Translations under genes and position numbers: made by a program
Notes under the pieces: generated by a model
What the model saw: only the letters and a program-made list of their open reading frames with translations
What the model was told of the DNA's origin: nothing
Databases searched by the model: none
Shown here: in pieces, positions 49,470 through 61,482 of the stretch
Layout of the letters: every line of letters starts with the position of its first letter
Position numbering within the stretch: the stretch's first letter is position 1
Source of the DNA: Babesia bigemina
Lineage: Eukaryota
Reading direction: 5' to 3'
DNA: 64,000 nt
NCBI RefSeq assembly: GCF_000981445.1
Contig: NC_027218.1
Span: 1,860,001 to 1,924,000 of the forward strand

Positions 49470-52400
49470 CTACTTTAAGTTGAGTAGCTCGTCGGGATCG
49501 TCGTCGAAGTAACTGGCATTGTACAGCGATTGCATTTTTCTGCTCGGGATGAGTAGCGCCTTAACATCGATGAGATGGGAGGCCTTCGTGTTCAGGAGAT
49601 GTGACCTGATGCGTAGGATATCCATGCGGTAGAGGAAAGTGTGGAGTATGTACACCGCCACGAGAGACCATAGCGCTACCAGGCTATAGAAGAAGGGCAT
49701 CCGTATGTGCCAAATGAGTTGGTCGATTTGTCGAAACAATTCGGTGAAGTAATCGGAGTGCAGTGCCTCTTTGAGTTGTGTGTTGAGGTCTCCGCAGTGA
49801 ATGTCACGGTTGTCACTGACCAGGAGATTTGCGTTGCGATATGTAAATCCGTAGCGGTAGAGTGTTGGCAGTGGTCCGGCGCACTGGACAAGTGATGGGC
49901 AGTGGCAGGCGTATTTCCCACCGTGGGTGCCGGGTTGGCAGGGGCATGTGGCGCACCCGGACGCCGTGCAGTCGATGTTGTCCAGCGCCTGCAGTAGTTC
50001 ACAAAGCAACTCCCAGAACTGCCATGCCAGGTACATTATCCACGTGATGTATAGCCCGGCGTGCTTCTGCGGGTAGGTGTGGCGGGCGTGGAGGCCTAGG
50101 GGTTGGAGGTAGGGAGCGCATCCACTGGGCGATAGGCAGGTGGTGTCGTTGAAGAGGCTCGACAGTGCATCGTGGTTCTTATGGTCATGGCCAGCGAGCG
50201 ATGCGATGGCACTGGTGAGCTTTGGATTTTCATAACTGCCGTGGAGCTGTGTCCACAGTGGGAAGAGGCTGTCGATGCCGTCGGTGTTGAGGTGCGATAT
50301 GAAATCGGAGGCGTCAGTGTAACTGCCGCCACGGTGCTTAACACGGTCATGAGAGTCCCACTTCCGTAGCACCTGAGCATACAATGCAAACACGTCGGCG
50401 AGTGATGAGGGTGCAGTGGGGCACAGACAGAACAGAGTTCGACACAGCATGAACAGGCATGAGTCGGCGTCACGGCACATGTTGCCGAGGCGCTTGGCGA
50501 GATCCCACCCGGTACCACTCATGGAAGCGCCAAAGCCCAGGTCCCAAAAGCCGAGCGGAGTGGGGCACTGCTGTCCGGGTTGGTTTGCGGCACAGTTGGC
50601 ACATTCGATGGTCATGTCAGATGCAGTGAGGGTATGAGGCAGAAGTCCGTGGCAGCTGTCAGAGAGGAACGACTGGAGCGGCGAGGTGGGAGGGCAGCCG
50701 TGAATGGTGGAGGAACTGGTAGTTGTAGTAGTTGCAGCAGTAGTAGTACTGATAGTACTAGAGTAAGTGCCGATTTGTTTACACTGCCAGTGGTGTGACT
50801 GCACCTGCCGGCCGTACGCGCACTCCCGCCACCCCTTGACCCGGGCGGTGCTGCGGCAGCACTGGGAGTACAGGAAATGGAGCACTTTACAAAGGCGGCA
50901 TGCTATCTCACGTAGCATATCAAGCAGTGCGTCTGGGTCAGCGGGGTAGTATAGCTTGGCACGGTTGTTGGAGAAGTCCACTGAATACGGGTAGGCGGCA
51001 AGGTCGAAGCCGTGCCCGTTGCCCTGGATGGCGATGAGCAAAGCAGTCGAGCGTGAACAGGCAGATGCGATGGTATATGGTAGCTCACCAATGCACTTGG
51101 CCATGACAGGATCCTCCTTGTTGGGTAAGTCGCCATCGTGGCATCGGCGGTTGAGCAACGCCTTGCAGTGGCCAGGCAGCTTGTCCGCCACCTGTGTATA
51201 CTGCAGCCCGGAGAGCCACGACAGCATGTCCCTGACTGTGCACGGGTATCTTGGTTCAGGGGGAACGTAGAGGTGGCAGACCTGGAGGTAGCGGCATAAG
51301 AGGTTGTGGAGCAGCGACATGATGTGGACCAAGTTAATCACATTTTTTAGCGGCTCATTGTCAATCATCATCTCGATGGCTACACCCTCCATCGGGGTGG
51401 TAAGAACTTCATAAATCCCACCGCCAGTAAACATGTTGTTCAACTCGCCGTCTTGCCCACTGTCGGAACTAGACACCCTGTACCCGCACCGGGTGAGGTA
51501 GTTGCCAAGGGCGTTGTCCCTGTCGTCAGCGGTGAACATGCTAACATGAAGATATTTCCACTCATTCTCACATTTCGTCGCCAACTTGTGAAGCGCTTTG
51601 TGCGTCATAGGTATCATGCTCAGTAACACCTTGGCGTACTTGTGGGCGTGCTCATCCTTGCACTGCTGACCGGAGTAGGCGGAGATGTAAGAGTTGTGAA
51701 ACTCAGCGGCAAATTTGTTGAGACCGAGAGAGACAGTATCCAGCAGCGGAGTGGACGAGTGCTTGAAGTCGGATGGTGCCAAATTACTCAGCGTGTTAGT
51801 CAGCCTCTCAACCAGCTCGGTGAGTTTGTCGGTACCGCCATCATTGTCTCTAAGGTAGTCGAGCAACGATGTGAGCGCTTCATAAACATCATTAAGCTTG
51901 GGCGTGTATGGCTCTTCCATCGGTGGCAAAGAGGGATTCTTCTCCTTGTTCTGCTCATCGTGCAGCCTGGTGATTTCCCCTTGGAGATACGTCTCCATTT
52001 GCTCGACGATCTCCTGGAATGCAAATGATAACTCTGCGACGCTCTGTTCGTGGCCTGTTAGATCAGAACTCAGCGGACGATGCAAGTACCTCATGAACCC
52101 TTTATAGCCCATGTACCTATCCCTGTTTATCTCATTTTGCATCTTCTCCAAATCTCCGTTGACTTTTTTGGCAAACAATTCCAACGCCTCCCTCACCGAG
52201 TCCACATACATCCCACGGGCCTCCTTGGTGAGGTCCTTGATGGCGTCGTACACCTCATTGTCGACGTGCTTCAAAAGGGCATCGATGGTGTTCCTCTCTA
52301 TCTCGTCGGCTTTGTCAAGGAAGTTGTCACACATGGTGATGGCTTCGGCCAGATCGGTGAGTCGGAGGTTGTCGAGACCATCTTGTATGCCTTTGAGTTT

Positions 52401-55400
52401 GCGATCAATATGTGGAGTCTCTAGCTGACCCAGATACCATCCGGCATAGGCACCAGCAGTTTGGATGGCTGAGCTCATCTCACCCAAATTGTCAGTGATA
52501 CCTTTGCCCTGGTTGTTCTTAAGGGACTCCATGTCACTTTTGATTTTCTTAAGGCCTTTGCTTTCACCTTCACCAAGATGCTGTGTCATGAATTCCAAAT
52601 TGTAGATGACGCCTCTGTTCTCGGGATCGTCGTTGGCAGTCCCTTGTAACACTCTTCTGACCTCGTCAAGCTAATTGGTTATGTCTTTCATGCCTAAGTC
52701 GATTTGCTCTGGGTGTTTGGATAGGTCACTTTGTTGACTCTGAAGATTGCGCTTGATATGGTCAAAGCCCTTGGCATTCTTGCCATTCCAGTTCTTACCG
52801 TCCCCTAGCCCCTGTTCCATTAACTCTTTCAACGGGTTGGTAACTTCATTTTGCAATGCTGTCTTTTGCGCCGTAAGTGCCTGTTCAATATTCTGCTTCG
52901 CTTCTCCAATCGTTTTGAATTTCACATCGAACTGCTGTGCTTGCAGCCCACTGATCACTTTTTGAATCGCTTGAAGACTCTCACTATCGCCATTCTGACC
53001 ACTGCCAATCATCTTTTCTAACAACTGTAAATTCTTCACGATGGTATCACTAATGAGATCACCACTTAACTTCTGGCTTGCCTTTCTAAGCATATCCTGT
53101 GTTTCGCTCATGACCGTATTTGTTGCGTCTTCAATTTTTTTGTTTGCCGCAGCCAACTTATCATTTTGCCCACGAAGATCCTTTTTAATTTGACCCAGAC
53201 TAGCGGTTTTTTTACCTTTACCAATATTCCACTCAGTGCCATTAAGTCCCGTCACTAACAACTCTCCCAACCTGTTTATCACGTCATCTTTAGGATGTCC
53301 GTTCGCATCTTTCAACGCAGTTCTCAGGCCCTCAAGTTGCTCGGTTATGTCTTTGACGCCCGACTCGATTTGTCTGGGTTGTTGTGAAAACACTTCTTGA
53401 TGACGTTTGAAGTACTCTTCTATTGCCTCAAGTCCTTTTGTGTTATCATATTTTTGCCAAACATTTTTACTTAATCCGACATCTCTCAAATCTCTTAACG
53501 TCTCAATCACTCCATAGTTCCTGTCACCTTGTAAGTCACTTTGAAGCTGCTTTAGTTCCCTTCTGATTGCACCTGTGGCACCTTGGATGGCTTTGGGTTT
53601 CTCACTAAATTGCTTTACCCACAGTTGATTAATAACATCAAATATCCCTTGAAGGCCTCCATGCCCACCTACACCGATCATAAATTGCAGTGCTTCCAAC
53701 TTGTCCACGACGTCATCATCGAGGATGGTATGATTCAGCTTCATCCCGACACGTCGAAGTGCATCTTGTATTTCGTTCGTTATGATCCGGGTTGCCGTCT
53801 CGATTTGATGGGTTTGGTTAAGCAATGCCCCATTTTGTTTATTAAATTCATCCTCGATTTTCTTGAGACCATCTACTGGATTACCATATTTGCCGTTCCA
53901 TGTTTCACTAGCTAGACCATGCTTTTGCAGATACGTCAATGCGTTAATGACATCATCTTTACTGTCCTGTTCACTCAGCAACTTCTCCTTAAGCTCTTCA
54001 ATCTCCTTCCTCATTTCTTCGACGGCTATGCCAATTGCCCCGGATTTAGGACCAAAGGTATTTCTTTGCAGCTTTCCAATAGCCTTTGTGATTGCATCAA
54101 GACCTTTTTCAGCGCCAGCCAACTTTCCATCACCGAGCGCTTTTCTAAGTTGTTCGAGATAATTTTTGATGCCGTTTCTGTATGAAGCTGGCTCGCCAGT
54201 CATGTCTGTCCTTATGTCACTAACCAGTTTCGTGATATCCTCAAGCTGCAACTGAATTGCTTTGAACGGATTTTCGAAAGTTTGTTCATCTATTTTATCA
54301 TTGCCAATGTGTCTTGGATGAATGACACCAAGCTCCTTCATACCCTCACCTCCAATCTTGTCGATAGCCTCTGCCAGTGGTCCGTGCGGGTGACCTGTCA
54401 GCACGCCAGCAGATACGTGTTTGAGGTATTTATCGAAATCTTTCGAGAGTTTTACTTTATATGGTATACCAACATATGGCACTTCATCCTTCCCAATGTG
54501 CTTATCAAGTAGACCTTGAAGGTCTTTCGGGAGGTTGCTTTTAATGCTATTGTAAGCGCCATTAAAGTGTTGCATGAGGCCATTTTTACTGAGCTTTATA
54601 TCTCGACCATTATCACTAATCTGCTTAGCCGCCTGGTCGATTGCCCCCTTGGCCGCATCCCTGACTTGCTGCTTAGCTTGTTCGTTGAAAGTGTCAACGG
54701 CGCCTTCTAGCTCTTTGACTGCTGTATCAAGCGGTTGTTTGACTTCCTGCTTAAATTTATCATCAAGCCCATCGACATCCTTCTTCACCCCTTCGATCGC
54801 CTTGTCCACGGCTTGGGCTGTGCCAGGGTCGGGGTTCGCTTCGCCGGTGCTGTGAGGTGTAGTCGCCTCCACAAGCTTATCGTTAAGCCCATCAACAGTT
54901 GGCTTGATTTTGTCTATGATTCTGCCAAACTTATTGATGGCTAATGACTCGATTTCGATGGCAATTTGCCTGACGCAGCTGCAGAGCGCAATTAGGCCGG
55001 CTCTAACGGCTGTTTTGAGATTTTCATTTACACTTGACGACCTGCGCCTCTGCCCCTCAAACCTACTCTGAACATCGCTAACTATGGTACCAGTGAAATT
55101 GTTGATTTCAATATTTGTCAGCTTTGCGTCAAGCGCCTCAGCAAATGCTCGGCAAGCCTCTTTGACTTTCGTCAAATTTTGCACAATGTTATCTTCTGCG
55201 TCTACTCGTGTAATCTGCCTCTGACCTGTATCAATTTGATCGCTAAGAGCACCCTTAATTTGGTCCTTAACAATTTTCAAAGTGTCTTCAAGCTTCCTAG
55301 CTTTGCCATTATACACATTAATCCACGATGTCACAGCCTTCATCCCATCCGTCTGCGTCTTTCGTTGATTCTCATTGATCCCCAAAATATTTCCAAGCCA

Positions 55401-58400
55401 TCCGTCAACTCTATCGTCGACCCCGCTACCTCGGCTGTCAACAAACGCGTTATAGAGACCTCTTACGTTCGCGACAATGCCATCAATGCCACTTTCGTGA
55501 CTCTTCGTACCAGTCCCCTTAATAACCCCTACTTGCTTCTTAATATGATCGAAAATCGTCTGGAATTTCTTCTTATCCTCCCGTGATGCGTCGCCGCCGT
55601 CCGGATTAATTTTCTCGTAGAGCTTTTCAATCGCATTTTCAACTGTCTTGACCTTATCGTCAAGCGGAGTCTTGATCGCACTCTCAAACATAGATTGTAG
55701 TTGCTTTTCCGCTTCCGTAAGTTTTTGTTTAGCATGATCGAGCGTTTCACTCTTTTTTTGATTAAGCTCCGCCAACTCCTTTTCAACGAGGCTCTCCACT
55801 CTACCGTTTTCAGCAAGCTTCATAATCCTCTCCCTCAACTTTACTAAATCTTCTTTCACCTTATCACCCAAATCACCAACCTTCAAACTCTCAATCACCT
55901 CAGCGATCCCCAATTTTATATTATCCTTCACCACCTTCAAATCCCTCTTGAGATCTGCGTCCATATCCTTCACGGCGTCCAAAGCCTCCTTGACCTTAGA
56001 CTCAACTGTCTGCCTAGCCTCAGTAGCAGCCTTTAGAAGTTTTATACCCTGATCTTTTAACTTCGAAGCTTCAGCGAAAATCATACTGTCTTTTGAAGTT
56101 TTAACTTTCTCCACAATTTCGCCACACTTGTCTTCCGCTTTCTTAATAACATCCTTGGCGGCATCCTTCCACTTGCCTAAATTCTGTACTTCGGTGGCAA
56201 GCTTTTTATTAGCCTCTATCATTGACGCATTATCCGTTGCTATTCCTTTAACACTTCTACTTAAAGCCGCACCTTCCTGCAACGCATCATGAACTTCCTG
56301 CGCCTTTCCAACCGCCCCGGTAATCACTTCCTTGGCCTTCTCATTCCACTGATTCAAAGTCACTAGTTGAGATGTAACATTTTTATTAACTCCCTCAATC
56401 TTTTCCTTAGCATCCATAATCTTCTTCACATTCTCACTTAATTTCTCATGAACACTCAACTTATCATACGCTTCCCTCGCCTTAGTCTCAGCCTTGTGGC
56501 GGATATCTTCGGCATCTTGAATCCACTTGTTTAGACTCTTCAATTGGCCTGCAAGTTCCTTATTTGCATCAACAATGCCCTGTCTAGCGGTATCGATCGC
56601 ATCGATTTGCCCACCCAGTGTCGACTTGTCTTTTGCAGGATCCAACTTCTCGTGCACATCCTCTGCTCTATTCACCGCTATGTCAAGCACAATTTGCGCC
56701 GCCTTCCTCCATTTCTGCAAATCGTCGTTAACAGATTTTAATCCCTTATCAACTTGAGCAATTGCGTCCTTGGCTGCATTGATCTGGCTTATGCCAACAT
56801 TAATATCGTTAGTTAGATCATCTTTATTCAACTTCTTATGCACTTCCGTCGCCCTATCAACCACCCCTTGAAGCACTCTCCCAGCCTCCTTTTTCCATTC
56901 CCCCAATTTGCTGTCAACATCACCCAGCCCACTGTTAACATCCTTAATTGTCTGATTTGCTGTCTGAATCTCCCCAATTTTGTCACTCAGTTCCTTATGA
57001 ACGGTCAAGCTTTTGTAAACTTCCTCGGCTTTGTCCTGTGCTTTTTTGCGGATTTCATCGGCCTCGGTGATCCACTTATTCAACTTTTCTGTTTGTTTTC
57101 GGAGGCTCTCATTCGCTTTCTTAATATCTTCATTCGACGCATCGATTTGATTAAGGTTCTTGCCAATTGGATTGCCATCACCTTTTTGTGAAGGATCCAA
57201 CTGCCCACTCACCTCATCTGCCTTCCCAGCAACTTTTCTGAGCACACCCTCCGCCGCATCTTTCCAAGACACCAAATCACTGTGAACATTTTTAAGCTCG
57301 CTACTCACGCTCTCAACTTTGCTTCTTGCAGCTTCAATTTTCTGAAGTCCTTGACCAATCTTCTGATTCTTATCTCCTTTATCCAGTCTTTTATGCACTT
57401 CATCCGCCTTCTGCTTAGCCACAGTGACGGCGGAGTCCGCCGTCTCAATCCACTGATTCAACTCCTCAACTCTCTTGCCAAGCTCACTGTCAATGTCCGC
57501 GACGGCCTTGTCGATCGCCTGCCTATTCTCCCCATCAAGTTGCTTCATTATCTCTTCAACATACTTTTTCACTGCATTAATATACTCTTTTGCATCACCC
57601 ATCCACTGCCCGAGTTCCTTGACATATTTCTCCAGACTGGCAGCAATACCTTCCAACTTCATTTTAATCTCCTTGACACGGTCCTTCAACAACTCGACAA
57701 CCGTATGCACTTCTTGTCTAATTTTGTCCTTGACTGCATTTGCAAGCTGTTTAAGCCTATTCTTGATTTTCTGTATCATCTTGTCCAACATCTTTTTCTG
57801 CCCCTTCTTGGACCACCTGCTCAGCCAGTCGACGTGGTTGAAAAAGCTTTTCCTGGCATTCTCAAGCTTCTTTTTCAGCTTGGGGTTTAGGTCATCTATG
57901 GCATCTGTGGCCGCCATCAAACTTTTAGAGAATGCCCTGGCAATCTCTTTGCACCGCTCCACCAGCGAGACCGCGGACTCCACAGTTCTCTCATCTTGAG
58001 TGGACGTCGATGTTTCCGATATCTGCAAAGCTTGTATACCTTTACGCAACTCACCATCTGGTTTCAAGTAATCCAACACAGTCTCAATCGGCTCCTTGAC
58101 TTTCTTGTTCGAAGCCTCGACAGCGGCGTTGTACCTCTGGAGGCCAGTGGCCACCTTGGGGATGACGTGACAAAACCCCTTGTGACCACGCCATAGTTGG
58201 GATTTTAACTCCACAATCACATCATGTAATACATCTCTACCAGCAACGTACGGCTGGTTATCATGGACATCACTGAACACGGCATACAAGAATACCAAGA
58301 TGGCATCGCACAGACGGGAGGCGTTGCCGTACACAATCCCGGAACCGTCGTAGGTCCCAGGATACCGATAACCTAAGAGGCTGGCAGCGGAGGCACAGAG

Positions 58401-58670
58401 ATTATGTATAATGTTTTTATGAGGATTCTCAGAGTCTTTCGGAGCAGAGCCTTGAAACGTTGACAATCGTGAAATGACATCGCATAAGGACGGCTCTTCT
58501 GATGCGGTTCAAGACGACAGACATCCTTCAGTGTTATGAACAACATTGTGAAACGGCTTGCAGAGAGCGTCGGACAGCGTTGAAACCCCGCCACAGTGCC
58601 GCACCTGGACGAGCCAGTCGATCGCCTCTCGAAGGTTCTCGGGACAGTCTGTCAAGGCCTTCGGCGCCAT
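49470..58670 (-). pseudogene. giant VESA1-like gene (coiled-coil/helical-repeat centre, 'ebh-like') with two in-frame stops
   Basis: ATG 58670 MAPKALTDCPENLREAIDWL (ves1 N-terminal motif), LGY...G.YDGSGIVY. One frame of 3067 codons with TGA at 58509-58511 and TAG at 52671-52673. C-domain, TM and tail RMDILRIRSHLLNTKASHLIDVKALL match 5812-10800. Confidence 0.85.
56100..57620 (-). repeat. ~60-aa helical protein repeats anchored by Trp (9 anchors)
   Basis: Trp codons at 57603, 57450, 57264, 57072, 56895, 56709, 56523, 56346, 56169 (spacing 153-192 nt); consensus W...A......A..KA.EV...L......IG..I..I..A...I..VN..L. Confidence 0.85.
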
Positions 58671-58879
58671 GCCGTTGGTTCTCGGACAGTCATTGCCAGG
58701 CAGCCAGGGCCTGCGCTGCTGCCTATAAGACAGCATGACCAAAAGGCCAAGTTTGCTTGTTTGACAATATGGCTAAGCTAATAGGCGCAAACGAGTAACA
58801 ACTAGGGGTTTTCCGGCACCGATACGAGGAACGTAACTCTTCACCCTCAAACTACATTCAACAAAACAATGATTATAAA

Positions 58880-59385
58880 CATCCCACCTACCTGAGGAGG
58901 GGGAATCTAGCAAACCCAATACTCTATTAAGGAGGGAACCTGGCTAGCATGGCAAAGTGGAGCACCGTACGTATACAGCTCACACCATCATGTTATCGAT
59001 TGGGAGAAAGTATGGCTATCCTAACCCCGCACCGTGACACCGCCTAGTCGTCTCCCCTAAGCACTGGGGAAGCATCCAAGGGTACGCAACCAACCACACT
59101 GTCATATATATCACAGAGACGTGCTTTACACTACATAAAAAGCACGCCCAGCAGGTCATGTAGAGACTGACAAAGCTATCCCATATCTATCTCTGCACTA
59201 TGGTTTGGATGTTGCAAACATAACCAAGGAGTAATGCATCGCATTGGTTGTCAGCATCACCTTACCGTGTTTGATGGTAATACGTCAAGTTTCACTTATG
59301 CGTATACTCTGCTCAACTCCCAGACCGTGAAATCATTGGGTCATCTAACCGAAAACACTTCGCACTTCGATTAACCACCTACTTA
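58880..59385 (-). promoter_or_regulatory. conserved 5' flank element of giant ves-like gene
   Basis: CCTCCTCAGGTAGGTGG (minus, ~58883-58900); 59018-59380 is similar to 11200-11565 (tcctaaccccgca, cgtctcccc, gcccagcaggtc, ggagtaatgc, ctcccagac...cattggg). Confidence 0.7.
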
Positions 59386-61074
59386 GTATTATGTAGTCTC
59401 ATCTTATAGTGTGCTATGTGGCTACGTTCATTGGGCCGGTTCTCGGTTTTGAGTTGCTGCAGCCTCACGCTGATTCTGGTAGCGGACTCCACGTCGGTCC
59501 GTTGCCGAACGCTATGGGGGCCACGTGTTGGCATCCACCCTGCTCGACAACAATCGTCATTCACACGGTAGTAATGAAATCTGGGAGTCACATCCTTTAA
59601 CAAAGAAATATCACCTCTAATCCTGTTTGGTACGTGAACGCCCTCTCTCCGAGCTTCAACAGTTCCTTGGACATCCTCATATTGCAAGTCTCCATCTCCA
59701 CCAGATTTTTTCGCTAGTTGTTTTCATTTTCAGTCTAATGATACTACTCCATTGTAGCCTGCATGTGTTATCTCTGGTTGGTTTCATGTATTGAGTTGCG
59801 GAGAGGTAGCTCCTTGTAGGGCAGAGTGCCACTGCGTGCCCGTCAAGGGCGCTGTACTGTCTACCATACAGATCGAGGATTACTACTCCAGGTAGTGAGA
59901 ATCACAGATGTAGTGACTTGTTCATCAACGACATCAATCGGTTATTGATTGTTCATGTTGGTATCTTTGTTGGTTGGGCTGTTCCAGTGGTGGCATACGT
60001 ATAGGGTAGAATGTGGTAGCTGTGACGGTAAAACTAGGCAACCTAGTCTAGTGTAATCTGGTTCGTGTATAAGTAGTGCGGTTGTTAATAAGTACTCTTA
60101 TCACGGTAAAATGCAACAACGTATATACCACGTTATCACTCTTCCTTTCTCACTACATAATTGAGTACGGTGGTATATAGCAGTTCGCATATTTGCCCAC
60201 AATTTGAAAAATCGGCAATTCCCACAATACACGAAGATACATAGTTCACGGTAACTTTCACTGCACTTCAATGACTCCACTGACCTTGACAACGGTAGCA
60301 GTGATTGCCTACACCAGACCACCGCTGGGATGCATATGGCGATGGCGTTAATTGATCATAATATCTTTCCAGGGCCCCATATCGACCGTGTCATGACACT
60401 TTTGTTGTGTAACACAAATAAGGTTGGAGTGCGTCTCTCAAGGCGCCAACTGTCAGCGGACTTAGTGTCATGGATGCAGCTTTATGGGAAAGGCGAGGGA
60501 AAAGAAGCAGCTGATTTACAATTGGTTGTTAAGTGGCAGAACCATGATTGCGATTTGGAAAATAGGGTGAGTGGCGAAAGCCGGTGAGACACTCTCTATG
60601 CCCCTCAGCTCAATAAGGGGTGAGACAGCAGTACGGTAGACATGTGAGGAATTTTCAGCACGCAAAGCTCCATGTTAACATCAGAATGATATTGAAAATC
60701 AAACTGTTGCATGTGAATCGTCTACATAATGGGTGAGCTAGGTACTCAGCTGAGGCTGGCAGTGTTATCTGTATTATGGTGCAATGCAGCTGGAAGGTGG
60801 GTGACAGGGTTATGATGGGCAGGGCTGTCACTATGGCAATACTACGCACAGATGTATAATTGCAAGGCGATAACTTTGTGCGTAGATTGATGCAGCAATT
60901 TATAATCTGCACCTCGTTAGGCCAGGGCAAAATGGGGTAATGTTCGCAAACTCAAGTGGTCATTCGGGTGATGCTGATGAGACATCGTCTGTCTTGGCAA
61001 TCACGATGTGCTAAGCGGCAATTGTCTTACTGACCACCAAACTCCGCTGTGAGGTGGATTGGCGGCGTCAACGA

Positions 61075-61482
61075 GGGGTTTCGAAAGGCATCCTTCCTGC
61101 CACCCAAAACCCTCGTGGAGCACGCCGTGCTCTACCCTGCGATCCACCCCTCGCCAATCAGCATAAGGTGTTGCCAAATATATGGGCTTATCTTCTTAAC
61201 TTCTCCTCAGGTAGGTGGAAGGTGTGAGTTTCGTCCTTCGTCCGTTGAGGGTGAATGCGGGCGTGTTGTTGGCACCATGACTCACGCCGTTGTCACTGGC
61301 AGTTCACTGTGTAGCGTTTTCACGTAGTTCACTTGACGTTTCCATATCTATGTCTGAGTATGGCAATACTCACGTGTCCGCATCGGCGCGTTGATCACGT
61401 ATGCGTTTCGTAGTTCACCTTTACTTTGACACATATCTCGGTGTCTTATTAGAGTATGTATGCGTGTGGGTGAGTGAGCAGT
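61075..61482 (+). promoter_or_regulatory. conserved 5' flank/UTR of ves-like gene
   Basis: Near-identical to the reverse complement of 10801-11210 (e.g. cacgccgtgctctaccctgcgatcca, tagttcacctttactttgacacat, ttattagagtatgtatgcgtgtgg). Confidence 0.8.

Noticed and set aside
52671..58466. True homology to staphylococcal Ebh or chemotaxis receptors / horizontal transfer
   Set aside because: Similarity would be compositional coiled-coil; the termini are clearly ves-type.
58509..58511. Selenocysteine TGA
   Set aside because: Not an obviously conserved Cys position, the second stop is TAG, and no SECIS was recognised.
59379..60930. Short ORFs in the divergent spacer
   Set aside because: Mostly non-ATG starts and no motifs; treated as non-coding.
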